In this document: positions 51,533-63,350 of the stretch, piece by piece | Layout of the letters: every line of letters begins with the position of its first letter | Numbering within the stretch: position 1 is the first letter of the stretch | DNA from: Lama glama | Lineage: Eukaryota | Direction of reading: 5' to 3' | DNA length: 64,000 nt | Assembly: GCA_028534125.1 (NCBI GenBank) | Contig: CM052816.1 | Location: 100,690,001 to 100,754,000, forward strand | The notes under the pieces: model-generated | The model's input: only the letters and a program-made list of their open reading frames with translations | Databases searched by the model: none | What the model was told of the DNA's origin: nothing | Position numbers and translations under genes: made by a program

Positions 51533-51905
51533 GTCTGTCTGTCTGTGTGTGTGTCTGCGGGTTGCGTTGTGAGTCTCTGTGTGTGCCTGTGTTGCTGTTG
51601 TGTGTTGGTCTGTGTTGTGTCTGTGTTGTGTGTGTGTCTGTGTTGTGTGTGTCTGTGTGTGTCTGAGTGTCTATGTTGTGTGTCTGTGTCTCTGTGTTGT
51701 GTGTCTGTATTGTGTGTCTGAGTGTCCATGGTGTGTGTCTGTGTGTGTCTGTCTCTGTGCCGTGTGTGTGTCTGTGTCTCTGTGTTGTGTCTGTGTTGTG
51801 TGTGAGTCTGTGTTGTGTGTCTGTGTGTCTGAGTGTCCATGGTGTGTATCTGTGTCTCTATGCCGTGTGTGTGTCTGTGCTGTGTGTGTGTTGTGCGTGT
51901 CTGTG
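51533..51905. repeat. (TG/TGTC)n compound repeat with internal duplications
   Basis: Directly visible; unit gtctgagtgtccatggtgtgt recurs at about 51716 and 51827. Confidence 0.95.
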
Positions 51906-53989
51906 GGCTGCCACGCCATGGTGTGCCCCGGGTCCTGGTCGTGGCCGCAGAGCTCCTCAGGGAGGGTGACAGGTAGGACATTGCAGCCAGCCTAGCAGGG
52001 CAATCATTTCTTTTCTATTGTCTGCCAGGCAGGAATCTCTTAGCAGCTCTCATTTATAAATTTTTCAGTTTTAATGTTTTAATTATTTAAAATGCAAATA
52101 GGTCCAAGAAGAAGGCAGCGGAAAAGACAAATTCCCTAAACAAACCCCCTTCAAGGGGGCTCGGGGGGGCTTGGCTGACCCTTGCTGGGCGGAGCCCTGG
52201 GCCGGCGCCCCTTCAGGTGGTCAGGTTTGGGGGGGAGACAGCTGAGCCCCGGGAGCAGGGCCGGGCGGGGCATGGGGCGCAGCGGAAGAGACGGCGCCAG
52301 GGTCTGAAGTGGGGGCAACACTGTGCAAGTGGCGGGTGCCCTGACTGGCCATGTCAGGGGTCTCTGTGCCCCTCGCCCTCACCCTCACCCTCAACAGATG
52401 TGAGCAGGTCTGACCCGGTTCAGTGAGCCCTGGTGATGGTGTGCGGGGCCCTGGGGGACAGCGGGGAGGCCACCGCTGCTGGGTGCTGCTGCCTCACAGG
52501 GGCCTCAGGGACCCGCCCTGCAGGTTACATCCTGTCACCCACACAGCACCCCGAACAGCGGGGACCCGGGCCCGCTGGCATCTGGGTGCCGGTGACCCCA
52601 CGTCTGCGCTGCCCGCCTCCCCCGCAGTCTGGGGCTGGGGGCTGGGGACCCTGGAGGAGGTGAGAGCAGAGGGCCCAGAGGGGTGGGGCGGGAGCTGAGC
52701 CGTCCAGCACGGTGGCCGGGAGACGGGTCAGCCAGGCCCCGCCGCCCCAGGAGCAGGCGGGCGCGTCCGCAGCGCCCGCAGGCTGTCCCTTCTGCCCGGG
52801 TTGGGGGTGGCCTTTGGGGCGCCGTCTCCCACACCTTCTAAGGGCCAAGTGTGGAAGCAGGTCACACGCGTGGGCATTTCTTCTGCGCTGGGTCGAATTG
52901 CCAAGTGCCCGTGAGGTTGGAAAACTATTCCGAGTCCACCTCTCGGAGTCCGAGGGACACTCCCGTCGGTCCCGCTCAGCCCGCTCCTCCAAGAAACGAG
53001 CAGATGTGGGGTCTGGGGCGGAAGGGCCTGCTCTGCTCCCCTGATCTCCCTGAGTCCCGGTTCTTTCCGGGCACAGAGCACAGGGGACACTGGGGACACC
53101 TGTGTGAGCCGGGAGTTCGCGTGAGGCCAGGAGCCAGCGTATGCGGCAGGAAGGGTGCGAGTGCGAGGGAAGCGCGGGCCCCCTCCTCCCCCGGGAAGCC
53201 CTGCTTCTCGGGACCGTGCGGGTGTCCCGGGCGGGGGGGGGGGGTGGCACGCGCAGGCCGGCGGTGTTTCAAAAGACTGTTTTAAAAGACTCAGTACAAC
53301 CTATGAACTCTTCCTCGTGTCAAAAATGAACCACCACGTACCATACGTGAAACGTCTTCTCTGCGGTTCTCTGTCCCTCTCCCGGGGTTCTCTGAGCTGG
53401 TGGCGGCGTGGTCCCCTCGCTCCCAGCGTCCTCGTGATTCACGTGCCTCTGGCGCCTCCCCTCTCTCCCCGGGAGCCGGAGGCACACATCTCAGGAGGCG
53501 ACCTGCGGGCGACCTTACCCTGGCCTGCGTCTCCACCGCGTTCCAGGCACTCGCTCCATCTCGCGGCCGCGGGGCCAGGCAGGCGGATGTGCCCTCGGGG
53601 GCTCCCAGCTCCAAGTCGCCGGTGACACAGGGACCGAGGACCTGGGAGAAAACAGAGGGGCGCTGGCCCGAGCCCGAGGCGCCCCAGGGTGAGGGGTTCG
53701 TTGAGCTTCAGGCCCCAGAATGTTCCCGCCCTCAGGAATCAGGGAGGGAGGAGCCTTAAGAAGAGTTAGTTGCTTGGAGAGTGGGGAGTGCCTGCAGCCC
53801 CAGGGGTGTCGGAGCCTGAGGGAAGCCAGTCCTCGCTGCAACTCCTGGACTCCGTCCCCAAGTCTCCCGGGCGCCTCCCTCTTGCAAGAGCAAGTGCCTC
53901 TCAGTTCCTGTCGCTAAATGAAGATAAGACACAAATGTTCAAGAGGAAACTTCAGACCCAGAGGGCAGGGTGTGTTTAGAACTGAAGTC

Positions 53990-54790
53990 AGTCAGGGATT
54001 CTGAAATGAGGTTAATTGTATTATCTTGTCTGTAATTCAGCGCTCTGGGACTGCGAACTTCCAGGGCAGACGAGAAGATCAGGACATTATTTGTCACCGT
54101 AAATTGAGACCAAGGGCACTGCGCTTTGGAGCTGGATTTGAACAGCCTGCAGAGCAAGTTTTGAGTCCAAATTCATGTAAGCACTGGCCTCAGAGTCAAA
54201 AAGAAACGTGGGCCTTGGATGGCCATCTGTTCTTATTTTACCGGAGACAGGGTTACGGATGCACTACCTGCCAAGCAAGTATCTCAATCCTGCCGACCTG
54301 GGAGGGAGCTTTAGGGAAAAATTCCTCCTGGAAACCAAATAAGGGTTTTCAACTGCCTGGAAAGTCAGAGTTTTACATAAGGACGCGGCGAGGCCAACAC
54401 CCCGGACGGAGCCGAGTTTAGCCTGAGAAAAGGCTATGTCAGGCGGGCACCCAGGGTGTTCTTCTCTAAGTCTTCACTTCAATTAATCTCTGGAAGTTCG
54501 GTGTCTGATCCCCTGACAGCAGCCTCTGGCTTCTTCAGAGCGACTGGCGAGGAAAAATCATCCGACACACATCAAACAAGCAAGAAACGACACTGGACAG
54601 CATTAATCAAAACTTTCTCATTTCCCGAAGAATTAAGCATTAAATAATTAATCCCAGCACTGCAGGCAGCTGGAGAAGAGGCCTCCTGCCTCCCTGCTGG
54701 TAAGAATTTGTCCTTGTCTAAAAGACTAGATTGATATATTTATTATTTATCAGATTAATCATGGCCAGGAACATTACAGATTGGCAGCCG
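53990..54790. promoter_or_regulatory. Candidate homeodomain-rich enhancer
   Basis: TTAATTG near 54012, CATTAATC 54601, TAATTAATCC 54645, GATTAATC 54753; repeat-free. Confidence 0.4.
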
Positions 54791-57220
54791 GGCCGGCCGG
54801 CGGTGCTGTCTGACCCGGATCCGAGCGGGAGGGTCTCCACCAGAAGCAGCCGGGAGGGTCAGACAGAAGCCTGCACCCTCGGGCCTCCCTGGCCAAAGGA
54901 AAAGGTGTTCAAAACGTTTTTTTCACGAGAGAGAAAAGGCCGCCGAGGGAGGAGAGAGCAGCTGCGGAGGTTGTGCAGACGTGGGGCCGGGGGAGAGGCT
55001 GGGGGTCCGCCGGCTGGAGACCCAGGTTAGGTGGGAGTAGCCCCGGGACCCCTCCCCGGATCACACATCCTCCCCCCACGCCTCCTCCGTCCGCATCCAG
55101 GACAAGACGGCTCTGCTCCCGGAGGACACCTCCTTCCCTCCGGTCTGGCCGGTATTTGGGCACAAGGCTGAGTCGTTACGGCCGGCGTCCGGGCCGGGGC
55201 GGGACCCGTCCCACCCAGGACAGCAGAGGAAGCTGTTCGACTCCGTAGCCGAGGACTGGCTGGTGCTTCGAACTCTGCTGAGATGATCTGATTTGGCAGA
55301 ACAAGGGCTTTCTGATGCAGCAGAACCCGGCGCTCAGCCGCCCCACCGGCTTCGAGCAGGGAGGGCCGTCCACGGACACGGGGAGCCGTCGGCGCCAGCA
55401 CAGGCATGGCGGCGTTACCCTCCGAATCCCACGGCTTCTCACGGATGTGTTAGGCTCATGAAAGAGGCCACTTGGATCAATCAGTTTGGAAACTCTGGCA
55501 AGTGGGTTTAAACGGGTTGCCTGTCCACAGGGCTGCCCAGAGCCTGACAGGGCGAAGACGCTCTTGTCCCTGCAGGCCTTCCCAGCCTGGCCCACGCCCG
55601 CCTTCAGGGCCCGGCCTGGAGATGTCCACCCCTGGGAAGGCCCCGCTCCCTGCCTCTGTCTCCACGGCCTAGTCCCTCCACCTCCCGGCCCAGGGCCCGT
55701 GGCTGACCACACCCTCCAGCCCCTTCGGACGGCCCGCCGTTCCTGAAAGGCGGTGTATTGGCCTTGGAGGTGAGGGAGCCCTCCCCGGCCAGGTGGGAGG
55801 ACACACCTGTTGGCTGACGGAGGGTGGCCCTCCCGGCCCCTGGGGACCCTCCAGGATGTCGTGGGGCTCTGCCCAGCAAAGGGGGAACTTCCGAATCACG
55901 TCCAGCCACGAGCTTTCCTTTCTAAGGAAAGCGTACGAGTCAGGTTCCCTTGTGGCATGTGGTTAACGCACAATTGTATCTGTGTAATGAGCAGCTAGGA
56001 GTGCCCACCGAAACAGCTGTGCAGACAGTGCACACGGCCTGAGATCTGCTCTCTTGGAAAGAAACCCGGTCACCTCGACTCCCTCAGGGACTGCGTCTCC
56101 CTTTGCCCGGGGAGCCTGGCCCTCACCTCGGCTTCGAGGAGCTCCTCCACACTGAGTGCTCTCCTGTGGACACAGGCTGCCCCGCGGCCGGTGGCCCAGC
56201 GCCGCACCAGCCGGCTCCCAGCCCCTCCCTTCTGCTAGCGGTCAACACCGGGCCAGCCGCGGGCCCAGGGCGCCCGCCCCTGCCGGGGTCAGCAGCCCCC
56301 GGGCTCCCTTTGGGAACCAGGTGGGCTGAGATTTTCAGAGCAGCCTTCCCCGGGGGGCGTGAGCACCGGGCTGAGCAACCAGCCTGCGTCCTGCAAGTCT
56401 CGGGCCCTTGGGGTTTATGTGGCTTCACAAGCGTCCGCCTTCTCTTAGGTGACGTTCCACCAAGTTGGGATAAAATATCCTGACTCACAGATGGAAAAGC
56501 GAAGACACTCACAGCTGAATGGGACGAGGTCGCTGTCACGCCCCCTCCTTCAGAATTTAACTGAACTCTCGGCCTCGTCTCTGAACGACAGCTTAATTGG
56601 TGCAACACACACGGCCCAGGCTCAAGCGCGCACGCTAAGAGCCCGGCTGCGCCTCTCAGGACGGCAGTGGGAGAGGCCGGGGAAGATCCGAATAATTTAA
56701 TTCCCTTGGCCCAAGAGACTCAGACACATTTTTAAGTCCCCTATTCTTCCTTTGAGTTTGACGAATCGCCGTCCCTTCCTCACGCCCAGCGTCCCACCTC
56801 TTTCTGTGCAGGGCCGTGTGCTGGGTGTGGGTGGAGACACATGCTGGGCTGTGGTGACAAGGTGCACAGGCCCCTGAGCAGTGGGGACGAGGGAGGCACG
56901 TCGCCCTCACCTGCCGGGAGGAGCCCGGGGGGGCCAGTGAGGGCCTGGAACCACCAGCAGGTCCACGTGGCTGAACCAAACGGGAGGACCAGGAGCCGCC
57001 AAGGCGAAGCCGCCTGGAGACGGCCCTCCCCGCGGTGGCGCCTCAGGGGACCAGGACGCTGGTCTGAGGGGACGCGTGGTGACCACTCAGTTCGGTGGAC
57101 CATCTGCGACTCTGAAAAGAATCAAATAATTCAAATATTTTTGTGCCAAATCAGCTTATGAGTGCACCTTGAAGGCACCAAAATTCTTAACCTGAATGAA
57201 CGATCAAGAAATCGAAGCAG

Positions 57221-57355
57221 GTGGGGGCACCGCTCATGGCAGGTGTGCTTAGCATGCGCGAGGCCCTGGGTTCAGCCCCCGTGCCTCCTCTAAAAACATA
57301 CGTAAGTAGATAAACCTAATTATGTCTCCCCACAAAAAACAAAAAACAAAAAATG
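57221..57355 (+). mobile_element. Camelid tRNA-derived SINE (vic-1-like), second copy
   Basis: tgcttagcatgcgcgaggccctgggttcagccccc...taaacctaatta...cccc and an A tail; TSD core aagaaatcga 57206-57215 / 57357-57366. Confidence 0.85.
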
Positions 57356-57477
57356 GAAGAAATCGAGTGGATGGAGTGGTACCTGGCCTCCCACCGCAAG
57401 GCCCGCGGGCTCTGGCCCCTGACGTCCCCTCCCCCCATGAGGCCCTCCCCCAAGGATGCACCTGTACCGTGCCCGCT

Positions 57478-57725
57478 TCCCCTCCTCCTCAGAAAATCCT
57501 TCCTGGGTCCCCACTGCTGAGGTCAGCCCTCCCCTTCCTTGAGGCCCCTCACCTGCTCGTCCACCGTCCCCCAGGCCCTCAAGCAGCCCCCACAGTGCAG
57601 CTCCCATGTCTGCAGCCAGGTGTCAGGTGGCCTCCATCGTCCCCACACTCAGCAGACAGGCGGGCCTGGCCCCCGTGGCTGAGCACACAGTAGGACGTCA
57701 GTAAACACGCTGATGAGTGCGTGTG
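57478..57725 (+). mobile_element. L2 LINE 3' end relic
   Basis: cctcctcagaaaatccttcc...gcacacagtaggacgtcagtaaacacgctgatgagtg resembles the L2 terminus (ggcacatagtaggcgctcaataaatatttgttgaatgaatg). Confidence 0.5.
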
Positions 57726-58424
57726 GTCTGCAGGCCGGCTGATGGCACGTGGGCCCAGGGACGGAGCTAACGCTGACTCTTCTCTCTACGTGAGAACCTG
57801 GGCAGACCACCGATGGTCAGTTCTCTTAACTCCAACTACACCTTTTTCTGAAGCTTGAAGCATGAGGCGTTTAAAACAAAGCCAAGCTCCAGGCCACCTT
57901 GGCTGCTGCGTCAGCCCAGGGAAGGGAGAAGGCTGCCCTCGGGGCAGGGGAGGGGCACGTTCCTGTGAGGGGGACCAGGACCCAGAGCGGGGATGGTGGG
58001 GGCCAGCTGGAGCGTGTCCAGGATGTTGTGAAAGATTATAAGGATTAATTAAAGGGCAGTTTCTTTTCTAATTACTAATTTGAATACATCAGTACAATTT
58101 ATAATTCTCTGGCAAATAAAAACGACCAAAATTAATTCAAGATGAAGGAACTTTGGGGTGACCAGTAATGATGAATAGAGTTTAAAACATCAAAGAGTCT
58201 TTTCTATAGTGATTTCTAGGGCAAGGTGGATTTATTGGCTAATTCTATCAAAACTTTGAGAAACATTTTATTCCAATACTATATAAATTAAAAGAAAGCT
58301 GAAAAAAACACACAGAAAAGCTACTCATTTCAATTCATAAAGTGAACAAAAATCTGAGTGTGGAAACATGGCAGAGGAAGCACTCCATCTTGTGTGTGAA
58401 TTTTCACGTCACCCATGAGCTCCA

Positions 58425-59165
58425 ACACTTACACGTCAGGACCTTTGCAAGCCGGCTGGTAAAAATGGCAATTGGTAAAATTAAATTATGTAAAAGTAAA
58501 TCAGTTGTATTTCAAGAGGAAAACCTGTCACTTCTAATTCTTTCACTATCATGTGTGTTCTGAGCCTCTTGCACCCTGTGTGGTGGGGACACTGCCTGGC
58601 CCCCACTCCATGGACACTGAGCCTCCCCAGCGCCACGCTCCGCCGTAGTGAAGTCAGCTGCCGTCCGGGGACATTCACACCGCGGACACTGGCTAGCTCT
58701 CCCCATCAGGCTTTGGTTGTTATGTTTTATTGACCGTCTAGACCTATAAAATTGACGGAGAAGACATTAAACATGCATAGAAACTTAAAAGCGCTGTGTC
58801 TGTAGCCATTTTACTGTGAACAGCACAACAAAGTGAGGAAAGATTCCTCCAGTGTGTGAGAACTGTTGTTCGATTCAGCGAAGATTTGCCCACCGGCAGA
58901 ACGGTGAGCTTCCAACACAAATTCAATGTTGAGGTCCACGGCCAATTGCAGCCACACGTTGGCCGCAGTCAAGAACTCAGCAAATCCAATAAGCCCTCTG
59001 AGAATCAATTCTGATACGGCATTCACGACAGCGAGCGTTGCACGCTTTATTATTATTTGTCAATTATGTGCTGTACACCCTTTATGTCAGTAAAATTTGT
59101 CTTAAAACTTACATATGTATTTACACACAAGTCTTCAGAGAGCTGGGTATCCGCCAACACATACA
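58425..59165 (+). mobile_element. MER63C/D-like hAT-Blackjack DNA transposon (long form)
   Basis: tttgcaagccgg...aaaattaaattat...gtctagac...aaacttaaaag...tgtctgtagcc...gtgaacagcacaa...cgattcagc...gagaatcaatt...ttattattatttgt...tcagtaaaattt, collinear with the recalled MER63 consensus. Confidence 0.8.
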
Positions 59166-59242
59166 GCATAAAATACTCATGAATCAAAGCCAACCCAAGT
59201 CAAGATGGATTCATCAAAGAAAGGGTGGCTTATTGCATAATA

Positions 59243-59326
59243 CATGTAAATGAAATCGTTATGCTGTCCATCGTAAACATGCAGTCCTGTGTGCCGATTA
59301 CACCTCAGTAAAGCTGGAACGGAAAA
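59243..59326 (+). mobile_element. Very short L1 3' terminus (L1MA9/L1_Art-like)
   Basis: aaatcgttatgctgtccatcgtaaac...gattacacctcagtaaagctggaa. Confidence 0.55.
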
Positions 59327-61899
59327 CTACAGAGTTAAAATTAAAACACAGAAGAAAAGTAAGATGGCTTAATTGAATACTGTATCTATTAACATTTGAT
59401 ATCACATTGATAGGTTACGAATCTGGGAGCCACATAATCACATCAATAGGTGTTCAAATGGCAAACGCATTAACATCCCCGTGCATTAATTATGTATACT
59501 AATATGTTAATGTTGTTAGTTGCTAGTGTTCAATTCGTATTTATCAGTAGTTTTAAAGCACTGTTGTACTTGATGGGGAACATGTGTTTCAACCCAGCAG
59601 CCACCGTCACCAGCAACAGTTCCCGAGAGTCTCCACCGAAGCCCGCAGAAGCACAGCGCAGCCGCGCCCCAGCTCCCCCTGGGCTCGGGGCCCTGAGCTC
59701 TGAGCTCTGCCTCTGCCACAAGCTGGCTCTGCACTTGGGGTGGTTTTGTGTTTATTTCTTTCGGGAGAATCTGGGAGTTAAATCAGATGATACACGTGAA
59801 GTTTCTAAACTTAAGACGCTAAATAAATGTCATGACTGATGCACGGCCATGAATCAGAAATCAAAGGCGAAGAAGGAAATTAAAGGATCCTTTGCTGGTC
59901 TTGTGGTTTTGGGTCGTTCGTGTCTCTGCCAAAGAATCGCTAAAGAGCGGAGTAAGCGGCCTTCAGGACAGCAGGTGGAGACTCACGTGCACAAAGGTCC
60001 CAGGTCGCAGGCTTCACTTTGAACGGAAATGCTCATTTAGAACATGCGACGGGGGTGTGGGGGGGCATCCGACTTACCACACAGCAACAGCAGCAAAAAA
60101 TCAAGAAATGTGTAGAAATTGTGTGAGGAAAAGTGCTTTTATAAACGGAAAGATTTAGGAGAGTTTGGGTCAAAGGAGAAACTGAAAGTTTGCAGGTTGT
60201 TTGAATTTAAGGAATTGTGAGAACCATTTTGGAGGCAAATGTGACCGTGTTTCTAAGAACGTATCTGAAATAACAAAATAACCGCAAGCAGCTTTTTCTG
60301 CCCCTCCCTCCCCCTCCCTTACTCTCCGTTTTGTAAAGAAAGATTATTTAACCTGGAAGATTGTTAAATACATTTTAAGGTTATAGGCATTATTCAAGTT
60401 TGGCTTTGATTCCAAAATACGCAAATAAAGAGGAGATACACCCACCAGGAAATGAATATTAGCATTTAATACATGATGATTAGGTACTGCAAACAAACAG
60501 GACGTTCATAATGATGACAAGAGAGTTGAAAATGCTAAATGCAAAAAAATACAGACACATGAGCCGCAGAAACAGTGGGGTCACTAGTCTCTGGATGCAA
60601 AAGGACTTTCCAAGCATGTAAGTTTCTGAAGAAATGTGCAGATGCTCACTGATGCCTCTGGCCACGTGTGCAATTAACACATCTGCACGTTTAAATATAA
60701 AACTAAGTGCCTCACGCACTGAGAGAATATTGCCACAGGTAAGGTTTTTAAACCCCTTGTAAATCGTGAGAACAAATGCTGAGCCCTCCGCAGGCGTTGC
60801 AGAGCCTGGACAGAGCGCTCAGAGAGGAGTCTGCTCGCACGGCCAGCATCTCAGAGTCGTAAGTAAGTTGATACAAGCAATCAGGAAATAGTATTTCTTA
60901 TCCATCAAATCTGTGAATTTTTAAAACATGGAAACACCGGAGGCCCCGGAGGGTGCCACGGCGCCGCTCCCTCCTCCTGCTGCCGGGTCGTTTTCACATT
61001 TTCATAGCTCTGTTTGAAGAAACCGTTTGTCAAATTACAGAATGACTACAGTCACTGCAGAAGTTTTCAACAGAGAAAAGGTAGAAAGGAAAACATGAAA
61101 ATAAATACACAGGAACCACCTATGTTTACCTTTCCTGCCAGGCATTTTGGTGTGTGAACATGTCTGTGTATTTTCACATTTATAATCAAGCGTATAAAAC
61201 ACATACACTGATTTTCACGCGCACTCTGTGCACACGTGGAAGTTCCTCCCTGCAGCGAACAGACGCATCGTTTCCATCCTGCCTCCTTCACTGAGCGCGT
61301 AATTACCACTCTTGCCATTTGTTTAAATATCCTCAAAAATGTGTCTCCAAGGGGGCTTCACCCTGTTCTGTGAACACACGGTAGTCGGCCCTCCTCCGTG
61401 CTGACTGTCTGGGCTCTTCCAGACCTTTCACCGTGGCAGACTGCTCCGCAGTACCTGACTTGCGCGCTCACGCATCACAGGCCACCCCTGATGCCACCTC
61501 TGCCAGAGTCTGACGGCCCAGTCCCACTGCAGGGTCACTGTTCCCTGAGAGATCCTCAGACCCAGGAGCCTCTGCCTGGGCCAGGGGACAGAGCCCCCAG
61601 GGGTCGCTGCAGAGCCGTGCGTGACGAGAACGCACTGTCGGCCTCTGGGACCCCCTGCCCGGGCTGCGTGCCGGCCCCACGCCCAGGATGGGACGCTGCA
61701 GTCACGATGCTGCTTTGCCTCCGCCTGCAAACGAGTCATCTCTGGGGTGATGCCACGGTCAGTTTCATTTTCCTGGAGTGTGTCACCTGCACGTGACATC
61801 GGGACTCGTGCCTTCCGCGTCCGGAAAGACGTCCTCCCACATTTGCACTTTGAAGCCTCCATTGGTCTTAGCGGGTCCTTTCAAGAGCCCTGAGATGTG

Positions 61900-62420
61900 G
61901 GAAATTGTTCCGGCCCCACAGTGATTGATCTGTCAAATTTCCGAGCTGGGTATTTGATACCATAGATTTCCCTTCATATAAATGAAACCCCAAAGCCGCC
62001 TCGTTGCCACTCACTTAACTTTAAAAAGAATAAAACAGACAAGAGACTGAACTGCACAAATTAAGATAATAAAATCAGCGTTTCCGCCACACGAAGCGGT
62101 GGCATTTGCATCAGTGCAAAGCTTTGATAATAAGTTAAGAGTCTAATCTTACTTTAGTTTTAAGAAATAGGACATTCATCTTGTTAAAAATAAATATTTT
62201 ACACGTGTTTCCATGGTTCCTTCGTAGCAGATCGCTGTTGGGGCTGTTCGCACGCCTCTCCTGCTCCGCTCGGGTCTGGTCACACGGTTTGATTATTTCT
62301 TCATTGAAGTGTTTCATCCCACTGAGCGTCACGGCTTTGAATTTGTATCATTAATTTCATACCTGACCCTGAGCTATATTTTTATTACATTAAAGGGCTC
62401 TGGAGTAGGTTGTGTTCATT
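61900..62420. promoter_or_regulatory. Candidate enhancer (PBX-HOX, MEIS and octamer motifs)
   Basis: TGATTGAT 61922 abutting CTGTCA 61930; ATTTGCAT 62104; AT-rich, repeat-free. Confidence 0.45.
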
Positions 62421-63154
62421 TAGAAATAAGTATTAGGCAACGAGTCCAGGTGAGGCTGCACTGGAGCTTCCTCTGTTTCGTCTGTACCTCTGTTCCTCTT
62501 CTAAACGTGGTTGTCAGGGTCTGATCCCAATGTGTGCACCGGGGGGCTGGAAGGGCGCCCGTCTCTTGGTGAGCCGTGGTGGCCTCTGGGGACCCACCTG
62601 CAGCTCGGCCCCAGACCCTGTGGCCAGACGCGGCTGCCCACCAACCCAGGGCAAGGGACCCTTCGCGGGCCACCACGCAGCCTGCCGGCCTTCCCAAGGG
62701 CAGCCTCACCCATTGGTCACCTTCCCACTTCCCAGGTCTCGGAGGCTCCCGGGAGCATCAGAGCCGCCCAGGGCCAGCCTCGGGGAAGGCGGGGAGCTGC
62801 TCCGAGCCCCTGCCGTGCGCCAGGCAGCACCTGGGAAGCCGTGGCTTTGGTTTTGGATGCTTTGCTTTTGGACAACTGTCTCTTCCACTGAATTGAACTC
62901 TCCAGGCTGACCCGACGCCTGCCTGAGCAGCTCGGGGCCTAGGCTGAATCTCGGGGTGACCTGGTCTGGGGTCCCTGGGAAAGCCTGTGGTTCTGAGCAG
63001 GAGGGACCGGGCCCCCCGGCCGAGTGCACAGGGCGTCAGCGCTCGGTCCCGCCAGGGGCTCCAGAGGGTGAGTTCCTTTCTGCTCACGAGTCCTCATTTC
63101 AAAAGTCAGCTAAAGAAAATCTGCCAGATCAAGACCATAAGCCGTTAGTAAACT

Positions 63155-63350
63155 GTCACACACAGCCACATGCACACCCCCACACAGACTCACATACACA
63201 CTCACATGCACACAGGCACCACCACACACTCACACAGACACATTCACACACACATGCTCACATTCACACACTATACACACTCACTCACGTTCACTTATAC
63301 TCACACACACACGTGCTCACGTACTCACACACACTCTCACGCACTCACAC
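63155..63350. repeat. (CA/CACT)n compound microsatellite
   Basis: Directly visible. Confidence 0.95.

Larger units (their letters stand above)
58030..61030 (+). mobile_element. Fragmented ancient L1 (L1ME-type) ORF2/3' relic
   Basis: A-rich sequence with L1 motifs (ccaaaattaattcaaga; aattctatcaaaacttt...ttccaatactatataaatta; tccatcaaat; ttcatagctctgttt), interrupted by MER63 and other inserts. Confidence 0.5.
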
